Assembly: GCA_965644315.1 (NCBI GenBank)
Contig: CBFFRQ010000018.1
Span: forward strand, 1 to 64,000
Reading direction: 5' to 3'
DNA from: Caecitellus pseudoparvulus
Lineage: Eukaryota > Protista > Bigyra: Bicosoecida
Length of the DNA: 64,000 nt
The first letter of the stretch is position 1. Every line of letters begins with the position of its first letter. The notes beneath the pieces are model-generated. The model had not been told where the DNA came from and searched no databases. It saw only the letters and a list, made by a program, of their open reading frames with translations. Below, piece after piece: positions 32,743 to 45,300 of the stretch. Both the position numbers and the translations under genes were made by a program.

Positions 32743-34726
32743 ATGGCAGGCGGGGCCGATAGTGGGCGGAACGAGACACACCCTGAGACAACTCCGAGTG
32801 AGATCCGGTCTTGGTGAGTTGCCTCGCCTGTCAGCGGCGACCCAAGCACACGCTGAGCACCCTTCTGCCACCTGCGCCAGGATCGCGTATGATTTTGCAA
32901 ACTCAATCTACAGCACTGTCGTACGTTTGCCGCGCCCCGCTCGCCCGCCGGTGCGACGTGACATGGATCCTCTTCCTGCTGTGCAGGCTATCGGCGGCTT
33001 CATGCCTCTGCTGCTTCAGGAAGCTGCTCTGCGCCAAGCGGGATTTCCGCGCTCCGCCTGCGCAAACATTGTGACCAACGCGACGCTGGCTCGCGAGATC
33101 TTCCCCAATGGGGACACCGACACCATGTACCGCATCAAGGACTACACTTTGCCTGCCTGCCAAGACCCAGACAACCCGTCCTGTGCCAGGGGCTTCTGCC
33201 AAGGGCTGCCTGGCAACGCAGACGAGTGCCTTGACCCGACCGGCACGGACCGTGTGGACCTGAGCTTGCCGTTCGGGGCAGGCACCATCACACCAACGGG
33301 CTACGCGTCGCTGTTCATTTCAATTTCTGTGGCAGTGCAGGTGGTCGTGTTCATTTCTTTGGGAGCCCTGACTGACCACGCAGGCTGGCGCAAGCACATC
33401 CTCTTCCTCTCCACCGTGGTGGGGGGTGTGGCCACGGTCGCTTGCATTGGCGTGTGGCCAGCTTCCTGGTGGCTGGGGGGCTTCCTCATGATCATCTCGA
33501 ACGTGGCCTTCGGCCTCTCCATCGTCGTGTACAACGCCTTCTTGCCCCTGCTCGTGGAGGCTCACCCCGCCGTACGGTGCCTCACGGACGCCACTGAGCG
33601 ATACACGCGGGGGCTACGCCTCAGCTCAGATTGGTCCAACAAGGGCTTCGCGGCGGGGTACGTCTCGGGGGTTGTCGGCATTGCCCTGGTGGTGCCCTTT
33701 GCCTTCTTGCTGGACGCGCTGGCGTCCTACCAAGCAGCCAACGTCATTGCCGGCTTGGTGTGGATTGGAGTGGGCATCTATGCGCTGCGAGGCTTGCATC
33801 CACGCCCGGGCCCACCCCTGCCCCCGAAGCCACACTGGCTCGTGCGTTCCTGGGTGGAGCTGTTCCACACGCTCCGCCACGCCTCCCGCCTGCGCACGAC
33901 CTTGAGCTACCTCCTGCTGTGGTTCGTCTTTTCCGACGCGACTTTCGTCATCTCGTCTGTCGGGGCCCTCTTCGCCAACTCAGAAGTGTCGTGGGGCTGC
34001 CTGCCCCGCAGTCTGGGCATCACCATCCTCTTCCTCCTCGTGCCGCTCACGGCAGCAGCAGGGAACATGGGCATGCTGTGGCTGGTCAAGCGCTACCACT
34101 GGACTCCCAAAACTGCCATCATCATCTCCCTCCTCGGCCTGCTGACCCTGCCCCTGTACGGCCTGGTGGGCTTCCTGACCGACAGCTTCGGCCTGCACTT
34201 TGGCTGGGAGACGCTGCTGCTGGGGGCAGTCTTCGGCTTCTTCATGGCGCCCATGCAGGGCTTCTCCCGTGCCCTGTTCGGCACCCTCATCCCCCAGGGC
34301 CAGGAGGGCCAGCTCATGGGACTGTACGAAATCACGGACAAGGGCAGCAGCTGGATCGGGCCCCTGGTCATCGCGGCCCTGGCGGAGACGGTTGGTATCC
34401 GGTACGGCTTCCTGTACGTGTTCTTCGGGCTGCTCATCCCCGTCATCTTTCTGATCAGGCTGGATGTCGAAGCGGGTGCACGAGAGGCAGCGGCCTTCTC
34501 CCTGTCTGCCCTTGTGGAGACGGTGGAAGCAGGCAAGGTGTCTCCAGACGCAGCCCTTGAGCTCCCCAAGCGATCTGCGCCTCAACATCTTGACGCAGCT
34601 CTGCCGGCGACGCGGCAGCCTGGCCCTGCGTCCCCCGAGCCTTCTGACGTGCAGCCGCTGAGTGAGGGCAGGGAGTTCACGACGCCAACGCCCTCCGGCG
34701 TGCAAGTGCAGGTCCCTCATGACTAG
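32743..34726 (+). CDS. Atg22/UMF1-family MFS transporter
   Basis: Splicing GT-AG introns 32814-32880 and 32921-32986 gives EIRSWIAYDFANSIYSTVAIGGFMP; also YNAFLP, SRALFGTLIP.G.E, LYEITDKGSSWIGP. Confidence 0.88.
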
Positions 34727-34973
34727 CAAGGAAGGTATTCAGGTGGTTGCTTTTGTCTACTGACAAGAATGCATAAGTCTCATGACCCAGCGCTCACATG
34801 ACGTCTGTCTTCTCTACAGCTCAGCGCTTCAGCAGCTGGCAACGTTCTCTCGCTCTATCGATCTTCTCCCCGACGCTTGCAAAAATGACAATCACAAGGA
34901 CTGCTGCACATTGATGCCTTCCAGGTCGACCTTTACATTGCGTCCAGCACCGGCTAGCCACCCAGACAGCGCC

Positions 34974-36330
34974 ATGCTTCGCCACGTCGCTGCAGGCGTG
35001 CAGCGCCGCAGCCTTGGCCTTCAGCGTCCACTTGCACGCAGCATGGCCAGCTTGTCTGCGCTGCAGCCCGGGGCTGTCGTGGTGTGGGGCCGCAATGCCG
35101 AGGGCGGTTTTGGCACGTTGAAAGATGGCACGACTTCCAGTGCGCAACCCGTGGCCATGGACACGCTGGACGTTCCGGCACGCAAGGTGTGGCGTTTCGC
35201 GTGCGAAACACCCTCGTGCCCGGTGAAGCCCAGCACTCGCTTTTGCCGTTCCCTCGCAGGTTGCTTGCGGGAAGAAGTTCATGTTCATCATCGGGCAGGA
35301 TGATTCGCTGTATGTGGTGGGGCAGAGCAGTGCGGGCTTGCTGGGGCTGGGGGTGGACGTGCACAGCGCCAGTGTGCCCACGCCAGTGCCTGCGCTGGCG
35401 GGCATTCCCATGCAGGACGTGGCCGTGAGCGAGAGGCACGTGATGGCACTGTCCAAGGAGGGCGACGTGTACACCTGGGGCGAGGGCGCCACAGTCATGC
35501 GCCCCAGCGCTCTGGGGCTGCCCACAGACGCGGCCCAAGCCTCCCCCGCGCTGGTGGAGGCGCTTGCGGACGCAGGTGAGAGCATTTCCTTCATTGGCGC
35601 AGGCAGCAGGCACAGCGTGGCAGTAGGGCAGGGCCAAGTGTTTGCGTGGGGCTCTGGCGAGCTGGGGCGCCTGGGCAACGGCATCACAGACAGCCCCCTG
35701 CCAGCGCCGGTGGAGGTGCTGGAGGGCGTCTCCGTCGCGAGTCTCGCTGTGGGCAAGGGCTTCTCCGCCCTCTCGACGGCGGGCGGATCAGTGTGGAGCT
35801 GGGGCGTGAATGACCAGAACCAGCTGGGCCTCGGGCCCCGTGTCGTCATGGACATGAACAGCATGGAGCCGTACCCTGAGCGGGTGGAGGGCAGCCCCAC
35901 GCCCATTCTGCAGGTGGCTGCAGGCGACTCGCACTGCGTCGCACTGGGCCAGGATGGTGGGGTGTACTACTGGGGATCTGGCGGGTACGCAGACCCCACC
36001 CGCAAGGGGACATTCTCTGAGGAAGACCCGGTGGCGTGTGTGTCAGCTGGCTCGGGTGCCTGCGCCGCCATCACCTCCCAGGGCAAGCTGTTCGTGTGGG
36101 GGAAGAACCTGTTCTCGGGCAACTTGGGCGTGGACTCGCGCCTGGGCACTGCACAGCCTGCTCAGGTGTCTGCGCTGGACGGCGTCTCCATCGCCCAGGT
36201 GCACTTTGGGGAGAGCGTCTCAGCAGCGGTGGTGGGGCAGCCGTCAGCCCCTGCCCCCATCAAGCCTGAGGACGCTGACGCCAGCAGTAGTGCCAGCAGC
36301 GGCGGCTTCCTTGCGGGCCTCTTTGGGTGA
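34974..36330 (+). CDS. RCC1-repeat protein with probable mitochondrial presequence (RCC1L-like)
   Basis: Arg-rich N-terminus MLRHVAAGVQRRSLGLQRPLARSM; intron 35187-35259 joins in frame to VACGKKFM; repeated VY.WG....G.LG motifs. Confidence 0.8.
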
Positions 36331-36370
36331 GCAGGGACGGCGCCGGCGTCGGGGCGCGCTGCAATGCATT

Positions 36371-39300
36371 TCAAGCCCAGGGCTCCCACGACAGCGGCAT
36401 CTGGGCCCGCAGGTGCTGCGAGGTGGCCTGCGTGATGAGTTTGAACACCTGCCCGTCACGGAGGCTGCGCACGGTGTCCTCCGAGGGCGCCGACGCGGGG
36501 TTGCCATCAGGCCCCACCCCAGCAGCCTGCTTGGCTTTCTGCTCGGCAAAGGCGGTGATGGAGAACCAACTCTCAGGGATGAGGGACGTGTCCACCTTCT
36601 CGGGGGGCGTCATGGAGATGAGCCGCTCCTGCATGATGCGCGTGTTGTGCAGCCACACCCTGCGCAGCTCCCCACTGGCCTGCACAAACAGCTTGTCAGG
36701 TGGCGTGCGTCCCCGGCACCGCCAGCTGATCAGCTCGTCACGTAGGTACAGCATGTTGTGGCACTGCACCCAGTCCACACGGTCTTGCAGCGCCACCGCA
36801 CTGGCAATGAACGCGTTGGCAAAGGGGCCGTCAATGGCGAAGGGCGTCATGAAGGCTTGCACGCTGGGCGTCATGCGGAACTGCACAGCATCACAGGGAT
36901 GCAGGCTGCCGTTGGCATGGAACGAGGGCCGTGTGTTCAGCAGCTGGGCGTCTCCACTGCTCAAACTGACGCGCAGGCGATGCGAGGACGACGAGTGCGC
37001 AGAGACGACCCAGGACATGAGCGCGGCCGCACCATACTGGCGCGAGAAGCGTGCCCGGATCTGTGCGAACACGTCGGGGCATGGGGCGCGGGCAGCGATG
37101 TGGTCCCTGAGGGCTGTGGCTGGGCAGCACCCGGCGGACTCCACAGCCTGCAAGCCAGCCACGTTCGCCTGCCGCTGCACTTCCTCAGAGGCAGGGTCGC
37201 CGCCTGCCTCAGCGGCATGCCGCCGCGCAGCCTCGCGGAAGAGCTGCGACGGGGACGTGCGCCTCCCCTTGCCGGCTGCGTGGGCTGCAGCGGCGCTGCC
37301 ACACGTCACCCCGGACGGGTCCAGCGACAGCAGGCGGGAGGTGTTGGAGATGGGCGTCACCGTGGGTTCAGACAGGGACAACTGGCGCCCTCGCGAATCG
37401 TGGTGGGCGCCCAGCACCCTGTTCAGCAGCACCGCTTGCTGGGCGCGGCGGGCACAGGACTCTGTCGCTGCGTTGTGGGCTGCCTGCACCGCGAACATGT
37501 ACGCGTGGCCGTCATCCCCCAGCAACGTGATGCTGCGCTCCGTCTTGTGGTCCAGGGGGTTGTGCGCCACGTGCACGTATGGATCCAAGCCAGCCACCCG
37601 CACCTTGGGGCTGGGCAGTGCGTCCAGCACACTGGCCTGCTGGTACTGCCCCGGCACCTCCAGCGCAGAGTGGTGCAGGTCTGACAAGAAGCTGCTATAG
37701 TGGTACAGCAGGTGAGACCAGGACCGGGTCAGCACCGCTTGCAAGCGCCCCTTCCACTTGGTCAGGGTGCTGATGAGCCCGTCCACGGAGTCGTCAAAGG
37801 CAGGGTTGACTGCTGAGGTGGCGCCCTCCGGCACCTCCACACCCAGCTCCTTGGCCGTGTCTGCAGGTAGCTCGGCCAGCAAGTCTCGGGCAAAGGGCTC
37901 CTTGTACGCCGCGCAGAAGCGCTCGAACGCCGCCCTGTTCGACTCCGACCTGCTGGAGGACGCAGGGAACAGCTGTGCGAAGCCCCGCGCCACGCGCTCC
38001 TTCATCTTGCCCGGCACCTGCACCGCGCTGGGCGGGATCTGCGCCGCCTTGTGCAGCAGGCCGTGCACGAACTCCAGCATTTCCTCCTCCAGCGCCCTGG
38101 AAGTCGCGCCGGGGGACGCGAGGCGGGACGACATGGCCTCGGCAAAGTAGAACATGAGCGTCTCTAGGTGTGCAAACTTGTTCAGCAGCTTGGCGCTCAG
38201 CTTGCTGACGCGTGCGTGGGCGTCTGGCGCTGCTGCCTCGGCAGCACCCCCGCCTTCGGCTGGTGCAGGCTCCGCGGCGGCCGCTGCATCGCCACCCTCC
38301 TCCGACGCATTCCCCGAGACATCTGGTGGCGGCAGCACCTTGAAGCTGGGGCCCTGCCACTCAGTGTGCGGGTCAGCAGTGACGGATGCGGAGGTGCTCT
38401 TCATCAGCACCTTCAATGCCCTCGCATCAGTGCCAGCGCGCACCTTGAAACGCTTGCCTGAACGGGTGATGAGCGTCGTCTCATTCTTTGTCACCAGCGT
38501 GTTCTTGGACTTGCTGCCAGCCTCAGTGCGCGATAGCTTGAAGCTGTGCATCTGGAAGTACACTGCCTGTGGGAAATTCAGCGTCAGCGCAGCAACAATG
38601 GTGCTGGCAGCGTCCGCTGACGGGGTCATGAGCATGTTCAGCAGCTGGGGAACCCACGCCACCCACAACCACGAGGGCACCTGGGCGCCGTACTTGTTCA
38701 GGACTGCCCCAAGGGGGCTGCCCTCCACGTCATTGTCCATCAGCGCCAGCACGTGGGACAGCTGCATGGCGGCGTCCTTGCACCTGTGGTTCACAGCCAG
38801 CAGCATGGCGACGATGGCCTGCTGGGCCAGCGGCAGCACCATCGAGCCAGTCAACGCCCCGCTCTCCGGCAGGGGCGCGTGGGGGGAGCCCTCAGGGGCA
38901 GGCAGGCTCTCCAGCACGCCGCTGGCGCCACGTCGGGCACGAGCCTTGTCGCTCTCCTGCTTCAGGCCGCTCAGGATGGGGAACAGCGCAGCGTCGTGCA
39001 CCGCGTGCAGGAAGCGGCCCCACGTCAGCCACGCCTTGGCCCACCCCGCATCCACCTTCACCGCCGCGGCGAACTGCTCATTTGCTCGCAGCCAGCAGTC
39101 CTGCTGCCCCGTACCGGGCGCCGCTGCCCCGCCCTGCCCTGTGCCAGCCAGCACGTCCACGGGGCCAGGCCCCAGCTCCCACCAGTACAGCCCCTTCATG
39201 CGCAGCAGTTCCGCCTTCTGGTTGCTGTCGAAGAGCCCCATGTCAGTGCAGTTTAGGAGGGACAGCGCCCCGCGCAGCACCACGCGGGCATCGCAGGAGT

Positions 39301-42300
39301 ACAGCCCCTGGCGCGCGGCAGGCAGCGCGACAATCATCTGCTGCCGCGCCTTGGCAAACGCATCGTTCAGGTCCAGCGACCGCACCTCCATGAGCCGAGA
39401 CAGCGTCAGCGCACAGACGCCGGGAAGGTCCAGCTTGCGCGCCGTGTCTGCGACCTTGATGACAGTCCAGGTGGCGTCATGCAGGTCGGAGCCTTCTTCC
39501 GCAGACAAATCGCCCAGCAGGTGGGAAGTCAGGCGGTCCACTGTCGCGTTGAAGACGTGGTGGCGCCAAGTCAGAATGTTGTCCCACACGGGCAGGCCCT
39601 CCCACACGTTGGGCAGGCGCTCTCGCCACGTGCCTAGCACAGGCTTCAGATCGGGGCGCTGTGCACGGCTGATGCTGTTCAGCACGGCATGCGCCACTGC
39701 GATGGCTTCCCGGACCTCCCGCAAGCGCTGGGCGTCTGCGAGCAGTCGTTCGTGAGCTCGGTACGAGGTCAAGCCACCCGGCAGCATGAGCCAGCGCTTG
39801 AGCAAGAGGGACACCGCCGAGGAGGTGTTGCTGCCTTCCAGCGAGCTCATGGTGTGGCTGCTCAGCTTGAAGTCCATCACGGCACACTCCACCTCGTACA
39901 GCTTCACCCTCTCGTTGTACAAGGCGGCAGTCTGCAGTGCCGGCTTGTTCAGCAGGGATTTCAGCGTGTCCCAGTCAGCCAGCTTGCTGCAGGCGTCCGC
40001 ATGCAGCGTGGCGTCCTGCACGCCCTCCGCGTACGCCTTCAGCACCGGCCAGTACGTCAGCTGCTTGCACGCCTCCACCCACCGTTCCTCCCACAAACTG
40101 AGCTCCAGGAAAGACACGTCTGACAGTGCCTCGTCCGCAGCAGACTGAGGCTGCAGCAAGCCATCGCTGGCGCCTGCTTGGCCCTGCTTCACTCGTGGGC
40201 GCTTGCGTCCGCGTGGCGCTGGCGCCTGTGCAGCCTTGCCATAACCCTCCCCAGCCAAAAGGGCCTCCAGAGACAGGTCCTTGCCGGCCAGCGCCTGTGG
40301 GAGGTATGCCGCGCCCGTCTCCTCACTGCCTGACTGTTTCACGGACAGCAACGCCGCATCCAACTTCACGACAGTGGGCGGCCCAGGTGACGGCGCACTG
40401 GCAGCCCGCCGCTTGGCAGCAGAGGCAGCCCGAGAACCCCGTCGAGGGCGCTTCCTGCCCCGTGCAGGAGCGGCATGCACGGCTTCGGGAGTGCCCGACG
40501 AGGCAGCTTTCTTGGCTTGTTGCAGCAGCAGGCGGCCTGCATCCGGCGCTGCGTCACGTTGCGAGCCTGGCGCCGGTGTTGCCTCCACCTGCCACGTTGA
40601 CAGGGCCTTGCCTCCATCAGGCAGGGCTGCAGCCGTCTCGACAGTGGACGAGGGGGCGGCCTTGGCTGACTCGGCAGCATAGGAGGCCGCCTTCTGCATG
40701 GCGCTCGCATACACGCGGTAGGCAACGTTCCACCTGCCGTGGCTCTCCATGGTCAGCGCCAGGCGCGACAGGGGGCTGGCGGCGAAGCGGCGGCGCACCC
40801 CCGCAGCCATGTCGTCAGCGCCCAGTTCAGAGTACAGCGAAATGAGCGCCCGGATGCGAGACTCCTGCTGCGGGCCGCTGCACGCTTCTGCATCCGGAGC
40901 TGACGGTACCAGCAGCGTGTCGTACAGCGCGAAGATGGGGCCGATAGTCTGGCTTGCAGTCTCATGCCGTGCGACCCCGGCCAGGGTCTGTGTCGCGTCC
41001 TGCCGCATGGCACGGGTCAGACGCCTCGCAGCAGCCATGAGGCGAGGCACGTCGTCCTTCCCGCCGGCATCTGCCGCCAATGCAGCAGCCGGCGGCGCGG
41101 GGGGCAGGGGCGCGCTCATGCGGAGGGCCTGGTCCTCCAGCAGGGGCAGCGCCATCTCCCAGCAGCCAAACGTGCGAGCTACATACCTGAGCACTTCCGG
41201 GCGCAGCAGGGGCGTGGGCTTGCACGCCACGACTCCATACATGAGCAGCTGCACGATGTTCATGCCCCAGCTGCCCAGCGCGGCAGTGCCGGTGCCGCTG
41301 TCCGCTTCCACTCGGGGAGCCCGGTTTACGGCGGCAAAGGGCCGGTCACGCGTGGCACCGGCCAGGGCAGCCGACGCTGCCACGCCTCGCCCAAAGCCAA
41401 CCGCCGGGCCATTGGGGCCAGCCCACAGCGGAGCGCCCCAACGCACGTCAGGCACGGCACCGGCCACCGGCCGTGCCGTCTGCTTGGTGCGGAAAGACGC
41501 CACGACGTCCAGCGCGTCTGCTGCCGCGCCGGGGATCTGTAGGTGATGGACATCCTTGCACAGCAGCACGGACAGGTGCGGGAGGAAGAAGCTCCGCTGC
41601 CACGGAGTGAGGGCGGCCCATGCAGCTGGCAGCAGCCCCCGCCACAGCAGCACAGCGACGTCCAGGGACGCGTGCGCTAGCGTGCTGAGCGCTGGCAGCA
41701 CTTGGCCCGCATCCACGAACCCACCCGCTGCCTCTGCCATCCAGGCGCCGTGTTCCTGCGCCAAGTCAGAGGGCGAGACGGGCTCGCGGGCCTCCCTGGG
41801 GGCACTGGGCAACGGCGGGAAAGGCGTGTCTGCGGAGGACAAGCCAGCTGCGCCCGGCTCCAGGCCCCGCATCAGCGCCCGCACAGCGACGGCCAACCAG
41901 ATGTGCGAAGCAAAGGTGTCCCAGCCAGTGCCAAGGAGCGTTGCCAGCGCCTTGGCTGCGCCCGTCGACGGCGCCTCCTCGCTTGTGCTGGCAGCCGCGC
42001 CGCGCCCGATCGGGCATGGCGTGTACGCAAAGGCGAGCAGCTCGCGCCACTGCTCGGCAAGCCGGGCCCGAGTGCGGCGGGTGATGGGGTCTGCCGAAGC
42101 CCCGACAGGCGCATGTGCAGCCCATGCCGCCTGCCACTCCTGGGCATCTGCCACAGCCTTCTCTTGAGCAGCGGCGATCATGATGTCCAGGCACTGGTTG
42201 CGGATCCACTCGTCGCTGGCGAGGCACCCCATCATCAGCGTGCTTTGCAGCATGTGCCGCAAAATGGCAGTCGGCTTGGGCCACGTGTCAGGCGTGGCGG

Positions 42301-45300
42301 GGGTGGGCAGCCACCAGGAAGGCAGGCGCGTGCCATCCGGGCGCTCGCGCACTCTGCCGTGGTACACCTCCAGCGCCAGGTGCAGGTACGCGTACTGCAA
42401 GGGTGCGTACTCCTCGCCCAGGTTCACGGCGCGCACTGCGATGGAGGAGGGCACCCCCCGCACATCGGCTGCCGCGTACACGCCCAGTGTAGACATGGAC
42501 GTGATCAGCGCCAGCTTCTGCTTCTGCGTCAGCCCCACGCCCGTGTCGGGGTGCCCGTCGCCGCCCGCTGACAGCAGCATGCGAATGAGCGGCACACACT
42601 CCCACAGCAGCTGCGAGGAGGGGCTCTTGGGCACTGCCATGTTCAGCAGGTCCAAGAACTGCTGCAGCTTCACTGGTTGCAACACCAGCGCGCGGGAGCC
42701 GAGCAGGCGCAGCAGCAGGGTCAGGCAGCGCAGGCGTGTGGCGAGGAGGGATGCCGTCTCCCTGCTGTTGCCGCCGGCGGCGACGGGGCTGAGGGGCGCC
42801 GCCCCGGAGGGAGCAGCCGGCGGCGTGTTGTCACTGCCCGCCTCCCCCAGGTGCTCCTTCAGCAGCGTGCGCAGCAGCTGCAGCAGCGCAGAAGCAAAAG
42901 CGTCAATAAGGGTGGGGGACTTGGCAGCTAGCACGCACAGCAGCTGCAGCAACGCCAGCAAGTTGTCTTCGCTGGCGCTGACAGCCAGCCACTGCCGCAT
43001 CATGCGCCAGGCGTGGCTGGCCAGCCCGTCGTCGCCCTCGTATGCCGCTGCGCGGTCCGCCTCTGACATGGCTGCGACGTGCGGTGAGTCCACGGTGGGC
43101 ACAGACAGCACGCCGTCGATGTGCGCGTGCTGCTGCGCGCCCGCGGCAAAGCCCTTCCCTGCCGCGGCGGCCGAGGCTGCTCGACGTGCTGGCAGCGGCT
43201 GTGTCTCTGGCTCGGCCACCTCGCTGGCGGTCTTCGCGTACTCCCGTGCGGCGTCCATGGGGTGTCCCACTGTCGTGGACAGGCGGAAGGACAGGCAGGA
43301 GGCCATCCAGGGCCAGAACCTGACATGCCGCATGCGTGCCGCGGGCAGCGCCAGGGGGAACCGCTCCAGCACCGCCGCGAGGAACTTACGCACCATGCCG
43401 TGCAGCAGGGCGACTTCATTGCCGTCGCCCTTCTGCTTCATGGCGAAAGTGGGCGTCAGGAGGTACATGATGTACCCAGCAGCGGACGGGATCATGTCGC
43501 GGGCTTTCCCTGGGCAGGTGACGATGATATGCAGCGTGCGCACGAGCGCCATGGACAGTGGCGCGCTGCTGATTGGAGGCGTGCTGCCCTGGGACTGCTT
43601 GGGCGTGATGTGCACCGTGCGCAGGGCACAGTCAGGCCACAGCTGCAGCAGCGCGTGCAGCAGGCGCAGGCACCGGCGTGTCGTGTGCAGCTCTGCTGGC
43701 GGCCGGGCAGTGTGGAAGATGGCACGCAGCAGGAAGTTGCCCACCTCTGCCGCCTCTTCATCCGACAGGGTGCGGTGGGCGGCCGAGTCAGGCGGCGCAG
43801 GGTGCTTGCCTGGCGGGTCGCTTGCGGCCAGGAGGGAGCTGTTCACACCCGCCTGTCGGGAACGCGTCTCCCAGCGCAGCAGGGTCCCCACCAAGGCCAC
43901 GCTCAGTTCTCGCCGGGAGGTGCTGACGGGCGACTGGAACGCCAGGCCAGGCAGGGAGTGCAGGATGAGGGGGAGGTAGATGGCACGCTGTTCGTAGAAC
44001 ACACGCTCGTGCTGCACAAGGATGCGCCACACCTGCACAAGCTTCTTTGGAGACTTGCACTCGTCGTACAGAATGCGCTTCACCCACTTCAGCGCCATGA
44101 GCAGGTCGGGACGCTTGAGGCGCTCGGGCAATGCAGGCGTGATCGTGCGCAGGGCTGAGCGCACCAGGCCCACCTGGGTCGTGCTGGAGTCCCGCAGCAG
44201 CGCCACAAACACCTGCAGAATGATCTTGGTAGGCGTCACGTACATCTTGATGTACTTGGCCACGGTGATGTACGCCCACTGGCGGCTGAGCTCATGCTTG
44301 CTCTGCAGCAGCGGCCACGCGAACTTGACCAGCGCCTTGCGGTGCTCCAGCGGAATCAGCGTGGACTCCAGGCTGCTGATGAGCATGGCGGCCAGGCGCA
44401 GAACCTGCACCTGCAGCTCCTTCTGCGCCTCGTCGTCGCCGCCCGGCTGCCCCGCCTCGCCTGCCATGAGGCCGGTGATGAAAGCTGCTGCCAGCGTCGC
44501 ATCCACCACGCGCCGCACTGTCGGCTCCCCCGCACCATCCACGGAGATGGGGTATGTCGCCTCCCGCGCTCTCAGGAAGAGTGCTGCGGTCTCCGCCTTC
44601 ATGGCCCCACTCCGCACGCCGGCGTTCAGAGCCTTGATGGCATCCGCCTTCAGGGGGGAGCTACGAACAGCCAACAGCCAGTCAGTGCTGCCTTGGCGCG
44701 GGTCAGTCGCCACAGCCCCTGGTGCCGGCCCCACCTCGCCGCCGCCGCCGCCGCCGTTGCCCCCGTCACTGCCGGAGCTGCGGCTGGGAGGGGTGCCCCT
44801 ACTGGGCTTCTCTGCTCCGCCCCGGCGAGCAGGCGTGCGCATGGCAAGCTGGGGCGACAACAAGCCCCCTGCCTCGCCCCCCGTCGACGCGCGCTGGGGG
44901 CTGGCGTCCAGAGGCGCAGCGCCGTCCTCAACATCAGGCGCAGCTACCACGTGGGGCGTCGTGCCCGGCGCGGGCGTTGGCACTTCCAGGGTCTCGTCAG
45001 CAGGGGGCCCATCGCTTCCAGCCCCGGCAGCTGCAATACCCGCGCCCTGCAGCTGGTTCAGCTGCTGCAAGGCGTCAACTGCGGTGGCTTCGTCACGCAA
45101 GCACTCCGCGAGGACGGGCAGCACAAGGTGGTGCAGGGCATCGCGCTTGGTGCTGGCAGGCACGGTGGCATCGCCGTGCAGGCTGATGTACCGCTGCATC
45201 AGCGCCACACGCAGCTCAGGAGAGATGGTCACTGGCACTTCCACGCTGAGGAAGGTTCGCACGAAGGTCATGTCCACGTGCATGCCCAGCGACATGGCGG

